A stretch of DNA of 64,000 nucleotides from an uncultured Methanosarcinaceae archaeon (GCA_963733675.1 CAVTET010000005.1:96001-160000); one strand, 5' to 3'. Positions 1-13,214 are shown, numbered from the stretch's first letter. The notes: generated from the sequence alone by a model not told the origin. Numbers and translations: made by a program.

Positions 1-320
1 ATTTCGTTGACATTGAGCTTATGCAGTTGATTGTTTTGCAGTCAATTGGATAGTTCCATAATTTTTGGAGTTAATCACTAAGTTGCACACAAAGTGATTT
101 TTTGTCCAAAATACAACTAGTATCGATAAATGCAAAAAACTAAAAACACATAGAAAAATAAATTAAGTGATGAATAATCATTTCTGGATTAAATTAATTT
201 AAAGGATTGTGAAAATTGATGTGGATAATTTAAAAAGACGCCTAAGTTATTTTGCAGTGAGGGTTAATTAGTGGATGGCAGATTGATATTAGAAATAAAT
301 TTATATAAATTCTGAATTTT

Positions 321-1612
321 ATGGCTATTTTTAGATCAATGGGGCTCTATGCTGCGACAGCAATTGGTATTGGAGCTATGATTGGAGCTGGAATCTTTTA
401 TATCTTCGGGACAGCTATAAAGATTGCTGAAAATGCGGTATATCTCTCTTTTATTATCGCAGGTATAGTTGCTCTTTTAAATGCTTATTCCTGTGCAAAG
501 TTTGCCGTCAGATATCCTTCTGCTGGTGGCCTTGTTGAATTTCTCCTAAAAGGATTCGGAGATGGAGTTTTGAGCGGAGGATTAAATCTCCTACTCTTGG
601 TAAGCTATGTTTTCGCACTTGCCCTTTATTCAAAAGGTTTCTCTTCCTATGCAATAACTTTTCTGCCGCAGATTCGGCACAAATATGGGAAAAAATGTTT
701 GCAACTTTAATTATCCTGATATTTACTGTTATAAATTTCATAGGAGCCAAAGCTGTAGGAAAATCGGAGCTATTTATTGTTTCGATAAAATTTGGCATAT
801 TATTGCTTTTTGCAGTTGCTGGAATTTTTTGCATGAATACTGTGAATCTCTCGACTTCTACATGGCCAACTTCTATAAATATTCTTTTCGGTGCAGGTAT
901 AGTATTTCTTGCGTACCAGGGCTTTGAATTAATAACAAATGCTGCAGAAGATGTCAGTAACCCAGAAATCACTCTTCCAAAAGCACTTTACCTAAGTGTT
1001 GTGCTAGTCATTTTTGTATATGTATCAGTCAGTCTGGCGGTAGTCGGAAATCTCTCAATTTATGAGATTGAAAATTCAAGAGATTATGCACTTGCAGCTG
1101 CAGCAAAGCCTTTTCTGGGAATTATAGGTTTTAAAATCATGGCTCTTGCTGCACTCATTTCAACTTCTTCCGCAATAAACGCTGCTCTTTACGGAGGAGC
1201 AAACATAAGTTATCTACTTACAAAAGAAGGACACTTACCTGTATTTTTGGAAAGAAAAGTTTGGAAAAAAGATACAGAAGGACTCTTGATTATATCCGGC
1301 CTTGTAATCCTGGTATCTGATTCTCTCCCACGTGATGAAATCGGCATGCTAGTAAGTACTTCTTTACTCATAATTTATATCGCTGTTAACTTTTCACACA
1401 TACTCCTATTAAAAGAGACTGGAGCAAGACCCTGGATAATTTGGGCTTCGCTTCTAAGCAGCTTGTTTTTCTTTGGAGTACTGGTATATCACGAATTTGC
1501 AAATTCGAAGCTCACTCTAGAACTACTAGGAGTTACGATTCTGTTTTGCTTCTCTGCTGAATGGATCTATAGAAAATATCCAGGCAGATCAATAAAGGAA
1601 AGGACGGATTAA
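321..1612 (+). pseudogene. APC-family amino acid permease, frameshifted
   Basis: GAMIGAGIF and FLAYQGFELI motifs split over two ORFs (321-710 and 695-1612); frame change near 665-670. Confidence 0.85.
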
Positions 1613-1675
1613 CTGCATACAATATTTTAAAAATATTTTATTATAAGTAAGGGAAATGAATTACTAATTAAATAT

Positions 1676-1824
1676 GGTTCCGTGCAAAAATAATATTTCT
1701 GCAATTTGACACTATAATTTTCACCTTTATGTATCATTTTCGTTTTAATGAAAATGATTAACTTTCCGAATTGTAAAGGTTTTTTCTGATTTTGCAAGGG
1801 AGCCAGATTTTTTACAACGGAACC
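1676..1824. mobile_element. IS6-derived MITE (family A)
   Basis: 149 bp bounded by GGTTCCGTGCAAAAA and TTTTTACAACGGAACC, matching the IS6 IRs in this window; no transposase. Confidence 0.8.
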
Positions 1825-1924
1825 GGAATAACTATGCAAGAAGGTTATTTTTGTTCCTTGTGACATTGTGCCAACTATAGCAGTAAGTATTGATTGGTTG
1901 TCCATGTAGAAAAGAAAAAGTAAA

Positions 1925-2605
1925 TTATAGTTCCCTCAAAAGACGAAAGCCCAAGAAGTTGATAAGGATATCAGGAGAAGCTTTTAAGCGACAAGCCGAA
2001 CGAATGATCTCAATATCGTTTCACCAACTACCACCTTTAATTATTCCGTCTGACTCATTTTCGACTTCGCATGGACTGCAATAAGAAGTTGTACTATTGT
2101 AGTCTTCATGCCATTTATCCTGAACCCATTCCCAGATGTTACCATGCATGTCGTAAAGACCCCAAGCATTGGGATTTTTCTCACCAACAGGATGAGTTTC
2201 ACCACCTGAATTTGGATAGAACCATGCATATTCATTAATCGTCACTCGTCATCACAAAGAGGAAATTCTGTTTGGGTACCAGCTCTGCAGGTATACTCCC
2301 ATTCAGCTTCTGTGGGAAGACGATACTTGTTAGTTTTTTCTTTGTCATTGAACCTGGTAATAAACTCCTGAACGTCATACCACGAAAATGCTTTCTACAT
2401 GTCTATTTTCGCCCTCGAATCGTAAAGGATTATTCCCCATTACCTTTTTCCAATGTTTTTGAGTTACCGGGTATTTGCCTATATAAAAAGGAATTTTAAC
2501 TGTTGCTTTACATGCAAGATGTCCGTTATTGGAGTTCTCCTTTTCATCAGACGAATTCACCATAGGTATTTCTAGGGGAATTTGTACGAATTCCAAAAGC
2601 TCCAT
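1925..2605 (-). pseudogene. Formylglycine-generating enzyme (FGE-sulfatase) domain protein, fragmented
   Basis: FYIGKYPVTQ, NAWGLYDMHGNIWEW, GGSW and GFRL motifs in different frames. Confidence 0.85.
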
Positions 2606-2725
2606 AAGTCAGAGATCGATAAGGTTTTCTTACTATTGATGGCATTTGGGAAATCCAGAGATTTAATCACAAAAACTGTGTATGGAAAAGTAAAAAAATG
2701 GTGAGAATTTGGATAAATCTCAATT

Positions 2726-3019
2726 TTAGGAAGAGCCGCCTTCTGGAGTACCTGGTGATCTACGACGATTTAATATCTCAATTGTACCAGTATTAACGCC
2801 AGTGGGTGGCTCGCTAAATACAGGAATATCACCATCCCAATATACAGGAGTATCAGTGGTAGCAACGTAACCTGGTTGTCCCGTAGTGTAGATATGATAG
2901 TTACTGCCGGCATAGTATCCTTGTGCACTCGCTGCCACCGCTGTCAAAGGCAAAACAAAAAGGCCTATCAGCAAAACAGCGAGTACCTTCTTCATTCCAC
3001 TAGATAATTGTTTCAACAT
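2726..3019 (-). CDS. Small secreted hypothetical protein
   Basis: Signal peptide MKKVLAVLLIGLFVLPLTAVAASA; GGTG RBS upstream. Confidence 0.65.
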   Translation of the reverse strand: MLKQLSSGMKKVLAVLLIGLFVLPLTAVAASAQGYYAGSNYHIYTTGQPGYVATTDTPVYWDGDIPVFSEPPTGVNTGTIEILNRRRSPGTPEGGSS

Positions 3020-3845
3020 TTATTTCACACCTTTTGTGATATCTACAACAAAATTTTTAGATTATGTTGTTGAATCATGTATATCTATTAAAAGAATTAT
3101 TTTAAATTATTTATAAAAAATATAGTTTCTAAACAAAAAGTCTTTCCACGTCGAATATTTTAACATTGAACAACAATTAAATATAAAATATGTATTACTA
3201 TAATTCAGAAATAATTACTTTTTCATTGCTCATTTTTCCAAAAAATAGGATTTACGTTTTTACTGATGTGGACGTTTTCATACAAAATTTGTGCATTAAT
3301 AAAAAAAGATAAATTGTTTTTTTGTAGCAAAGAAAAGGGTATAAGTCAATAGTTGGTTTCTTCTAACTCATTATTCTTAGCAATGTCATAAATTTGACTT
3401 TAATTGTCCAATTTTAAAACATTTAATAGATAAAAAAATTTTGTTCAAAAACTATTTTTTGTATAATTAATTTAAAAAGCTAAGTAAACCAATGAATAAT
3501 TACTGATGTAAGAAGATTCAGTAATTATAAAACATTTCAATAAACCATCGGTTTAAACAAATTGGTGGTATCCATTTTATAGGCAATCGATCAAAAATTT
3601 GGAATTATCTGTAATGAATAAATATTTCTTAGTTATATTTCCACTGCATCTTTTATTGTTTAAATTATAGGGAAATTGAACAAAAATATGGTGTATAGAC
3701 AGATTGGAAAATAAATAAGAGTTGACAGGACAAAAAAGATATCTAGCTATTTTGCTAGCAGATCTATTTGTAGTAGCATTAACAGCAGCAACAAAGAACG
3801 CTGAATCAATTATTTATCAATTAAATATGACTTGGAGGTTAAATT

Positions 3846-4025
3846 ATGCCTAATTTGATAGGTCTTGCAGTATTCTTTTTATTATTAGCATTCGTTGCAT
3901 ATGTATTGGGTGCAACGGGAATTGCAGGTTTCTCAATGGAAATTGCAAAATGGTTAATAATAATTTTTGTCATACTTGCTATTATAACAGCTTTATTTAT
4001 CACGATTTTCATACGCTCTATTTAA
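3846..4025 (+). CDS. DUF1328/UPF0391-like small membrane protein (59 aa, not in ORF track)
   Basis: GGAGGT RBS then MPNLIGLAVFFLLLAFVAYVLGATGIAGFSMEIAKWLIIIFVILAII. Confidence 0.75.
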   Translation: MPNLIGLAVFFLLLAFVAYVLGATGIAGFSMEIAKWLIIIFVILAIITALFITIFIRSI

Positions 4026-4029
4026 AAAA

Positions 4030-4219
4030 ATCAAGAACTCAAAATAATCTTGGAATTTCATATCGTACTTTGGCTGAGGCTAGAGATAAAGGTGAAAATG
4101 CTCAAAATGCTATTTCTGCCGACCAAAAAGCTCTAGAAGTATATACAGTTGAGAAATATCCTGATGATTATGCAAGTACTCAAAATAGTCTTGAAAATGC
4201 AAAAAGGCTTTTAATTTAG
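4030..4219 (+). pseudogene. TPR-repeat protein 3' remnant
   Basis: TQNNLGISYRTL...KALEVYT..YP.DYASTQN TPR unit without its own start. Confidence 0.6.
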
Positions 4220-4267
4220 AGCCGGTATAGTTTTTTTTTTCAAAGTATAGTATAGCATGCATAATTT

Positions 4268-5122
4268 GGTTCCGTTGCAAAAAATCCTTTCTAATGATAC
4301 AATAGAATAAAAAGAAAACCAAAGATAGTAATATGCTATCTAATTCCTTTAAATGGAAGCATTATGAAGGAGAAATTATCCTATTGAATGTAAGATGGTA
4401 CTTAAAATATCCATTGAGCTATAGAAATTTAAAGGGAATGATGATAGAAAGAGGAATTCAAGTTGATCACAGTACTAGAATGAGATGGGTGCATCAATAT
4501 TCCCCTGAAATCTAAAAGAAGATCATAAAGCATTTAAGACTAACAAACTATTCGTGGAGAGTTGATGAAACCTATATCAAAGTAAAAGGTAAATGGAAAT
4601 ATTTTTACCGAACAGTTGACTCAAATGGAGATACAATTGATTTCATGTTAAGTGCAAAACGAAACCAAAAAGTAGCGAAGAGATTCTTTAAGAAAGCTTT
4701 GAGTTCTAATCATAACCAAATTCCGAAGGTAATAACAGTTGATAAGAATCCAGCTTATCCACCTGCTATAGATGAACTGAAAAATGATAAAATACTACCT
4801 AAAAACGTAGGTATTCGACAAATCAAGTATTTGAATAACATTATAGAACAAGATCATAGATCTCTAAAGCAAATCGTTAATCCAATGTTAGGATTTCAGT
4901 ATTTTCTATCTGCTAATAATACTTTAAAAGGAATTGAAGCTATGAATATGATTAAAAAAGATAAGTCAATAATTTAAATTACTCGGTTCTTAATGAAGTC
5001 AAATACATTAATTAATTGCTTGGTATAGTTTCATAATGTTAGTACATTTTCTTTGAATATTTTGATTTTTATTCATTACTCATAGATTTACATGCTTATT
5101 TTGAAATTTTTGCAACGGAGCC
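4268..5122 (+). mobile_element. IS6-family element, copy 1 (transposase inactivated)
   Basis: 855 bp; IRs GGTTCCGTTGCAAAAA / TTTTTGCAACGGAGCC; in-frame TAA at 4513-4515 and a 3' frameshift. Confidence 0.95.
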
Positions 5123-5900
<778 letters not shown>

Positions 5901-6108
5901 TAAATGTTGAGTAACATTGAGAACCAATTTGACAGATCAATAGCTTGACTTAAAATATCAATTGGAAATATTGTTATGGGTAATTAGAAACAAATTCGAA
6001 GATGCAACTTAGTCATATTTGGAATAAGTTTGTTTAAAATCAACTGATTATGGTTTCTCTATACTCTTAAGCTTGTAAGTTAGATAACAGTGTGAAAAAT
6101 TGCAATGG

Positions 6109-6148
6109 AAAGTTGACGTGTAGATATAAAGATTTTTTTACTTTAAAA
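6109..6148 (+). repeat. 40-bp core of a dispersed intergenic repeat, copy 1
   Basis: Identical to the reverse complement of 13175-13214. Confidence 0.85.
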
Positions 6149-6285
6149 CTTGTGCATACATGGGCATGTAGAGACTACAAACAAAGTCCTCGATCCTGCA
6201 ATTTCATTCAAAGCTGTCTATGAACCGGTGTAGAATAAATTGTGATGAAAAAATGGCGCTAAAAAAGTTTCAGAGGGGTCTCAAA

Positions 6286-7062
6286 ATGGAAGAGATAATT
6301 GGAAAAGTTGAAATTGTAGTTCTAGGTGGCGTAGGTTTCAATTCATACAGGAATTTTGAGGTCCTGGCAGTGCAGACCCCTTATGGAGAAGTCACAGCCT
6401 ATCACAATACTATTAGAGGGAAAAAAATTGCGATCATTCCCAGGCACTCAGGAAAAAATCATATTCCTCCTCATAGAATCAATTACAGAGCGAATATATG
6501 GGCCATACATGTCCTTGGGGCAAAACGTGTAATCTCCACAAATTCTGTTGGATCAATGCGAGAGCACCCAGTGGGAAGTTTTGTGGTAATCGATGATTTT
6601 ATAGATTTTACCCGGAACAGGTCTTCAACCTTTTATGATGACACTACTGTGCATATTGACGTCTCTGAGCCATATTGCGCGGAAATTAGGACAGCCCTTA
6701 TAAAAGCCCTTGAAAAGCAGATATTTTCCTACACGGAGGGCATTTATGCGTGCACAGAAGGCCCACGCTTTGAAACGAGGGCAGAAATTCATATGCTGAG
6801 TCAGTTTGCAGATATTGTAGGCATGACTGGTGTGCCAGAAGTAACCCTTGCAAAAGAACTCAGTCTTTGTTATGCTTCTCTTGCCTTAGTCACAAACCAG
6901 GCATGTGGAATGACAACCCATAAATTAACAGCAGACGAAGTAACTGAGGTGGTGGGAAAAACTCAGGAAGCAATCTTCGCGATTATCTCAGATGCAATCG
7001 AAAACATTCCCAAAGTCCGAAACTGCAAATGTAGGTTTTCAAGGGAAGGAGCTTGCCTTTAA
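6286..7062 (+). CDS. mtnP: MTAP-family purine nucleoside phosphorylase (methylthioadenosine/methylthioinosine)
   Basis: PPHRINYRANIWA, EGPRFET.AE and VGMT..PE motifs; likely ATG at 6286. Confidence 0.9.
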   Translation: MEEIIGKVEIVVLGGVGFNSYRNFEVLAVQTPYGEVTAYHNTIRGKKIAIIPRHSGKNHIPPHRINYRANIWAIHVLGAKRVISTNSVGSMREHPVGSFVVIDDFIDFTRNRSSTFYDDTTVHIDVSEPYCAEIRTALIKALEKQIFSYTEGIYACTEGPRFETRAEIHMLSQFADIVGMTGVPEVTLAKELSLCYASLALVTNQACGMTTHKLTADEVTEVVGKTQEAIFAIISDAIENIPKVRNCKCRFSREGACL

Positions 7063-7288
7063 AAACCCTACTTGTGAGGCTAAGAAAATATCTTATGTTT
7101 AACTTTTTTTACAAATACTGTTGCACATCAATATAAAAATTTAAAATTTTGAACTATAGTATATATTTGTTATAGTAATAATATCGATATATTAATACAT
7201 AATTTCAGTAAACTAAAATTTTGGGCCAGTTATTTATTAAGTTTATATACGTAATTTGTTGAAGTCGAAGTTTTACAGAAATTCCTAC

Positions 7289-7730
7289 GGGGATTCTATT
7301 GTACTTCTGAATTCTTTCTTCGCGGAAATCCTGGCCAAAATCGTTCTTGCTAATTTCTGTATCTAGCCCCTTTTTTCTTTTTTGGTTTATCATTCTTTGA
7401 TTTTAAATATAGCTTCCCTATTCTAAAAATATTTCTTTTATTTTCAATGCCATCAATTGATAGAGATTATAATAGAATGTTGTACAAAACATTTTTGGGT
7501 TCACTCTTTGAACAATAGTGACAAGAACTTTCCTTGCCTTAAATATTCTTTTTAGTTATTGGATACACTAGTTCCCCTGTAGCTCATTTTGAACTGACCC
7601 TCTCGCTGTTTGATATCACTCACATTCAAAAGATGTTTTTTTACTGTTCTTTTCATTGTTGCATCATAACTTTTTGATTTTGCTCCAAAGTACCCTCCGT
7701 CTCTGTAAACCACTTCATTTTGATACAATG
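7289..7730 (-). mobile_element. IS5-family transposase 3' remnant
   Basis: EVVYRDGGYFGAKSKSYDATMKR on the minus strand, degraded. Confidence 0.6.
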
Positions 7731-8084
7731 ATTTGCATTTGGCAGTTCAATTTTATAGTCCAAAGGTAGCTTAAAATTTAATCCAATTAGTTAATAATGG
7801 TTCTCTGGGAATTTACCGGCTTTGTAGCCTGCTGCGCGGGTATTAGAGTGAAATAGTTTACCTTTTGGGAATAACACTTACTTCCTAAAACTAGGAACTA
7901 ATTTATCGGTTATTAATAATATTTTTTAGGATAAATTGTCCAAAATATACAAGTTTAGAAGCCAAGCGCCCTGTGCAAGAAATATTGAAAATGGTTTATA
8001 AGTTATGTAGCCATATATAGGCTCATGCAACATTCTATTTGCAGTTACAAATTATTTCACGTCTAAGGATTAAGAGGTGTTTTT

Positions 8085-8738
8085 ATGATTGAAATAAAAT
8101 TACATGGTACATACAATATTTATTATGCAATTCTTGGAATGCGGAACCCTATGAATTCCTGGCATCTTATGGACAGCAGTGAACGTGATCAGGCAGGGAA
8201 CTGCAAGATAGGCGAAAAAGATCTGAATCTGGCCCAAAGGCTGATTCTTGCAGGGAGTGAGCACGGCAAATTTTTAAGGTTTATTACAGTTTGTTTTGAT
8301 CTCAAAGCTCCTCTCTACTGGTGGAAAGAGTTCGACACTTACAAGTTCGCAGAAAAGAATTCCTGCTCCACAATGCATAAGCTGACCAGTAAGGATCTAG
8401 GTCCTCATGACTTTTCTTTTGACAAGCTGACAGATTTCAGGAATGCCCAGATCTGCCATCTTAATGATCTCATAAAAGCCTACAAATCCCGTGAAGGGGA
8501 AAGTGAGGGAGATCATGAATTCCGAAAAAATGTGTTCAGAGAGCTTATTCAGGATCTTCCAAGTGCTTACATGCAGAAACGCACGGTCATAACCAATTAT
8601 GCTGAACTCCGAAATATTTACTTCCAGCGCCGTAATCATAAGCTTGATGAGTGGAGGAAGTTCTGCACTTGGGTGGAGGAGACACTACCATATGCAGAAG
8701 AGCTAATTTGTCTGGAAAAGAGTGAAATTAAAAATTGA
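8085..8738 (+). CDS. ThyX (Thy1)-like protein of phage/Firmicutes style, lacking the RHR motif
   Basis: GMRNPMNSW, H.KFLR, APLYWWKEFDTYK, QDLPSAY and NY.ELRNIY.QR..H.L.EW motifs; GAGGTG RBS. Confidence 0.7.
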   Translation: MIEIKLHGTYNIYYAILGMRNPMNSWHLMDSSERDQAGNCKIGEKDLNLAQRLILAGSEHGKFLRFITVCFDLKAPLYWWKEFDTYKFAEKNSCSTMHKLTSKDLGPHDFSFDKLTDFRNAQICHLNDLIKAYKSREGESEGDHEFRKNVFRELIQDLPSAYMQKRTVITNYAELRNIYFQRRNHKLDEWRKFCTWVEETLPYAEELICLEKSEIKN

Positions 8739-9099
8739 AACTGAATTAGTCAAACGGTGCTCTTTGAAGAGGCTATGTGATCGAAGCAAGAAAAATGTGA
8801 TGATCCATAAGTCTGTCGGTGAATGAACAGATTCTAGAATATCTTTACTGATTAACGAAGGGATAAAGATGACCGAATTCATAAAAACATAAGGTTTATG
8901 CCGTTAAACTGAAATAGCAACAGCATTAAGCGTTTAATTGTCCATATGAAACTCTGAACAACAGTGCTAATTATTTTATAAATTTTTTGCGATACTGCTC
9001 ATTTATTTCTTCATTGAATATGGTTAAGCTTTTGTTGCAGTAAGCTTAATCCAAAATGAAAAGTTCTCATTAATGTGTAATTAACAATTGATATATTTT

Positions 9100-10046
9100 T
9101 ATGCAAACTTTTCATTTTCTTGAAGCTGATTCAAATAAGTTTTCTACCAAGCCAATTGTTGATCCTAAAGTTAAGCAGATGGAAATGTTTAATGATAATT
9201 TACATAAAGCAAAAGGGAAATTTTTTTATCTCCATTACTTATGATGTAGACTTGAAGAACACTTACTATGACAATGACATCTACCAAGCGATTGATCTCA
9301 GCATTACAAAAATAGTACGGCCTATAAATACCGGCGTTAAATTCTTCGAAGTAAAGACACCACGAAATGAAAACTTTGGGATCCAAAGATTGATGATGCT
9401 AAATCAAAACGTGATCATTGTATTGGTGTTAAGAAAGGCTCTCAGAAGAGTAAGAAGTACCTTAGAGTAGCTAAAGCAGTTACAAAAATGAGCAGAAAGC
9501 TATCGAATTAAAATAAGGACTTTCAGCATAAATTATCTAAAACTATGGTTGAGAACACTAAAGCTAACACTATCATTGTTGGTGATTTAGATGTTCAACA
9601 AATGGCACAACCTGAAGTTAAAGATGAGGTAAAAGAGAAGAGGACCAAGAAAAAATCAAAATCTTTCTACTTAAAGTCTCGGAAACTTGAGTAGTTTTTT
9701 CTGATTTTTAACCTACAAAGTTGAATTAATGGTTAAGAGAGTAATAAATATCGGCGAACGTAATACGTCTAAAGGTTGCTGTTTTTGTGATAAAAAGTAA
9801 GATATGTCAACTTGAAATCGTACTATGAAATTTGATTGTGGGCACATCCCTGATAGAGATAGAAACAGTGCTATTAATATTCTGATACGTTACCTCTCGC
9901 AAAATGCCTTGTGGGCATGCTATCAGCTTTTTGTTGGTAACTTACAAAAAACAGGCACTATTAATAACCAAGGATACTTAGGTATACTTGCGAGATAGTT
10001 GTACTCATAGACGAAGCCTCCGAGTCTTTAGCTAGGGGTAGTTCAC
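9100..10046 (+). mobile_element. tnpB: IS200/IS605-family tnpB remnant with preserved right end
   Basis: AIDL (RuvC-I), IIVGDL, SKGCCFC and DRDRNSAINI in broken frames; right end ...GGGGTAGTTCAC at 10046. Confidence 0.85.
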
Positions 10047-10462
10047 ATTTCTTGAATAGAATTCTACAAACAAAGGCACTCATTTTTATTCAAATTTATA
10101 ATTTTGATAATGATATTAATTGCTTCAAACTTTTTTTTCTTCATACCATTTAAAGTTATACATTATTTTTCTCTAATTTTTGAAATCTTTCTTTTTTAAA
10201 AATAAATGATTTTAATAAAAATATTGTACCAGTAGTGAAATCTATTAAATTTGTGTTTTATCTAATTTTCACACATGAATCTAAGGTATTCGAAATAAAT
10301 TCCTCAGGGTCGAGTTTGTAAAAAAAATGTCAGCGGAAATCTTTTTCCTAGAAGGAAAAGATTTATACACATATAGGTGAAGCTATGCTTAATTTTGACA
10401 AAATGCAACATTTTCTGAATTTGAAGGACATCCAAATCCTGAGTTATCATAATTAAGCTTCT

Positions 10463-10553
10463 AGAGGATTTCAATAAACCTCTGATTTTCACGGGTTATT
10501 TATATGTTAATTATATGTAAATGACAAAATTTAGGGATTTATCACAATACTCT
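10463..10553. mobile_element. ~90-bp MITE (family B)
   Basis: AGAGGATTTCAATAAACC ... TTTATCACAATACTCT ends; similar to other copies. Confidence 0.65.
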
Positions 10554-10642
10554 TTAATTTATTTTTTACATCTTATCGATCTATATTTCATTAAAAATGG
10601 TCATAATAACTCAAATAATAGAAATCACGGGAAGCAGTAGCA

Positions 10643-11869
10643 ATGTCTGAGAGTGAGCAGTATTCGAGAAATACATTAATGGATTTTATCGAACTTCAAC
10701 CCCTTGATATCGAAATATGTGACGTAACACTCCGAGATGGAGAACAGACACCAGGTGTTGTATTCACGAAAGAACAGAAAATGGCAGTTGCCATAGAGCT
10801 TGATTCAATGGGTGTTGAGGTTATAGAAGCCGGATTTCCAGTAGTTTCTGCAAAAGAAAAGGAAATCGTGAAGGAAATTGCAAACCAGGGTTTAAATTCA
10901 AGGATATGTTGTCTATCAAGAGCAGTAAAAGGAGATGTTGATGCTGCTCTTGATTGTGATGTTGACATAGTAAGTATTTTTATTGCGATGTCCGACATGC
11001 ATCTCAAATACAAGTATCATAGGAGTCTTGAAGAAATGCTCAGCTGTGCCAAGGAAGTTATTGAATATGCAACTGATCATGGGTTAAAAGTACGCTTCGC
11101 AGCTGAGGATTCAAGCCGGACTCCAATGGACCGCCTAAAGCGAGCTTTCAAAGAGGTTGAAACCGAATATAAAGTGCAATATATAAGCCTTGCGGATACA
11201 ATAGGAATCCTTAATCCAACCACAACTTACTACCTTGTTAACGATATTTACAAATCAGTTAATACTCCCATCTGTATTCACTGCCACGACGATCTTGGAA
11301 TGGCCACAGCTAATACCCTTGCAGCAGCTGAAGCCGGGGCAAAGCAGCTTCATACAACAGTCAATGCAATCGGGGAAAGGGCAGGGAATGCTTCACTTGA
11401 AGAAGTTATTGTGGCTCTCAGGGTGCAGTATGGGATTGAACGTTATGATACAACAAAGCTGACTGCACTTTCTAAAATGGTATCCGAATATTCAGGCATC
11501 ACACCCTCATCAAACAAAGCTATTGTCGGGCGAAATGCTTTCACCCACGAATCAGGGATCCATGTCGCTGCAATCTTGGAAGAGCCGCGAACTTATGAAC
11601 TCTTCCTTCCGAGTATGGTTGGTGGGAAACGCAATTTAATTGTTGGAAAGCATACCGGCACAAAAGCCCTGAAAGGTATTATCAATAGCATCGGATTTTG
11701 TCTTGAACGGGACGAACTCTGTGCTCTCATTGAAAAGGTCAAGGTATGCACAGAAGATAAGCATAAAAGCATATCACGTGAGCAGCTCGAAAAGCTAATC
11801 ACTCAGGTAAAACAGGAAAAGGAAACTGCAGAAAATAAGGAAAATGGTTTTTTAGCTGAAAATCTATAA
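10643..11869 (+). CDS. aksA: Homocitrate synthase family (AksA-like, no regulatory domain)
   Basis: DVTLRDGEQ, HCHDDLG, GERAGNA and HESGIH motifs; 408 aa. Confidence 0.8.
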   Translation: MSESEQYSRNTLMDFIELQPLDIEICDVTLRDGEQTPGVVFTKEQKMAVAIELDSMGVEVIEAGFPVVSAKEKEIVKEIANQGLNSRICCLSRAVKGDVDAALDCDVDIVSIFIAMSDMHLKYKYHRSLEEMLSCAKEVIEYATDHGLKVRFAAEDSSRTPMDRLKRAFKEVETEYKVQYISLADTIGILNPTTTYYLVNDIYKSVNTPICIHCHDDLGMATANTLAAAEAGAKQLHTTVNAIGERAGNASLEEVIVALRVQYGIERYDTTKLTALSKMVSEYSGITPSSNKAIVGRNAFTHESGIHVAAILEEPRTYELFLPSMVGGKRNLIVGKHTGTKALKGIINSIGFCLERDELCALIEKVKVCTEDKHKSISREQLEKLITQVKQEKETAENKENGFLAENL

Positions 11870-12299
11870 AACCATGCAAAATAACAAAATTTTGGTCATG
11901 TCCATGGGTTGTTGAAAATCATAGAAAATTTCAATAAATTTCCGATTTCAACAAATTGTTTATTATAGACTTATATAATATACCAGCTCAATATTTTAGT
12001 TTATTGAAATCTTCTGTAACTAAGGCTCTCTTTAGATTTTCCCGAAAACAAAAGATATACTAGTTTTTCAGATTTCATCAATGCATTATGGAGACGACCA
12101 AAATTTTAATTACACTTTAATTAATGTTCTATTAAATGATACACATTCTATAAAGTTTTCCACATAAAGGACATTAAGCAGCATCATACTGTATTTGAGC
12201 CTCTACTGATTCTAGATGAATGTGCTCAAATTGTTGAATTTGTTATACTTAGATTTTTTTGAGTTTACATGTCCTGTTCTGTGTGACGGAGGAAGATGT

Positions 12300-12653
12300 A
12301 TGGTACATTCTAATGAAGGTAATAGAAGATACAAAAAATTCAAGGAAAGTAATGAACGATTTCTTGACGCCCTTGGTCATATATTCGATGAATGGCTTAT
12401 GAGTAAGGACGAGAAAACTTTTTTAAGGGTGAGGGGTCAGAGTGGTGGCTCTAGGATATCTGTGCTTGATGATGTATATGAAGCAATTACTGAATATATA
12501 GAAGGTAATGATGATTTCGTAAAGGATGATTTCGTGCTTGAATTTTGCGAGCTTATAAAAAATGAAAATTTGGATCTTTATGAGCGTTTGATAAGCAAGA
12601 TTGTTGGTGACTTTGTATTTGATGTTGTAAATGCATATTCTGTGAGTAAGTGA
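12300..12653 (+). CDS. Hypothetical acidic protein, possibly a chimeric remnant
   Basis: GGAGG RBS before ATG 12300; no family recognised. Confidence 0.35.
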   Translation: MVHSNEGNRRYKKFKESNERFLDALGHIFDEWLMSKDEKTFLRVRGQSGGSRISVLDDVYEAITEYIEGNDDFVKDDFVLEFCELIKNENLDLYERLISKIVGDFVFDVVNAYSVSK

Positions 12654-13174
12654 GGATTATGTCTGATGGGCATTTTTATCTCGCTGTTGTCTTTCAGAGC
12701 CATTTTAAAAATTGGTTGAGGGTATGCTTGAATTCTTTTAAGCTATTTTCTATTCAATTTATACCCACAGTTCAATTTCGTTCTTGGCCTTCAGCTGCAA
12801 TAATCAACTACTGAACTTTGGCAGTTGAATAAAACTAAGCGCTTTTGTTTGTGCTATTCTGTCAAAAGAATACAACTGCAAAAAAGATAACATGCCCTTT
12901 AATTTCTAACAACAATTTATGCTCCCCTACGGATCGATTCTTATTGTTCAATTATTTTATGAAAAAATTAATTTTTATAATCTTTTGGCAGGCATAAAAG
13001 AAAGGATTTGATAGTCGACCGAAATTTATGTAAAATCTGATTGATTCTTTATTATTTTCACTTACTACATAAAAAAGGATTCTGAGTCAACAGTTATGCT
13101 AACAAAAATTCTGTCGCAATCAATTTAAAACTCAAAAAATAAAAAAAGATTATTATGTGATATTTATGCATAGA

Positions 13175-13214
13175 TTTTAAAGTAAAAAAATCTTTATATC
13201 TACACGTCAACTTT
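13175..13214 (-). repeat. 40-bp core of a dispersed intergenic repeat, copy 2
   Basis: Reverse complement of 6109-6148. Confidence 0.85.

Noticed and set aside
8795-8852. C/D-box sRNA (GTGATGA ... CTGA)
   Set aside because: D' box and guide spacing are non-canonical; no target could be checked.
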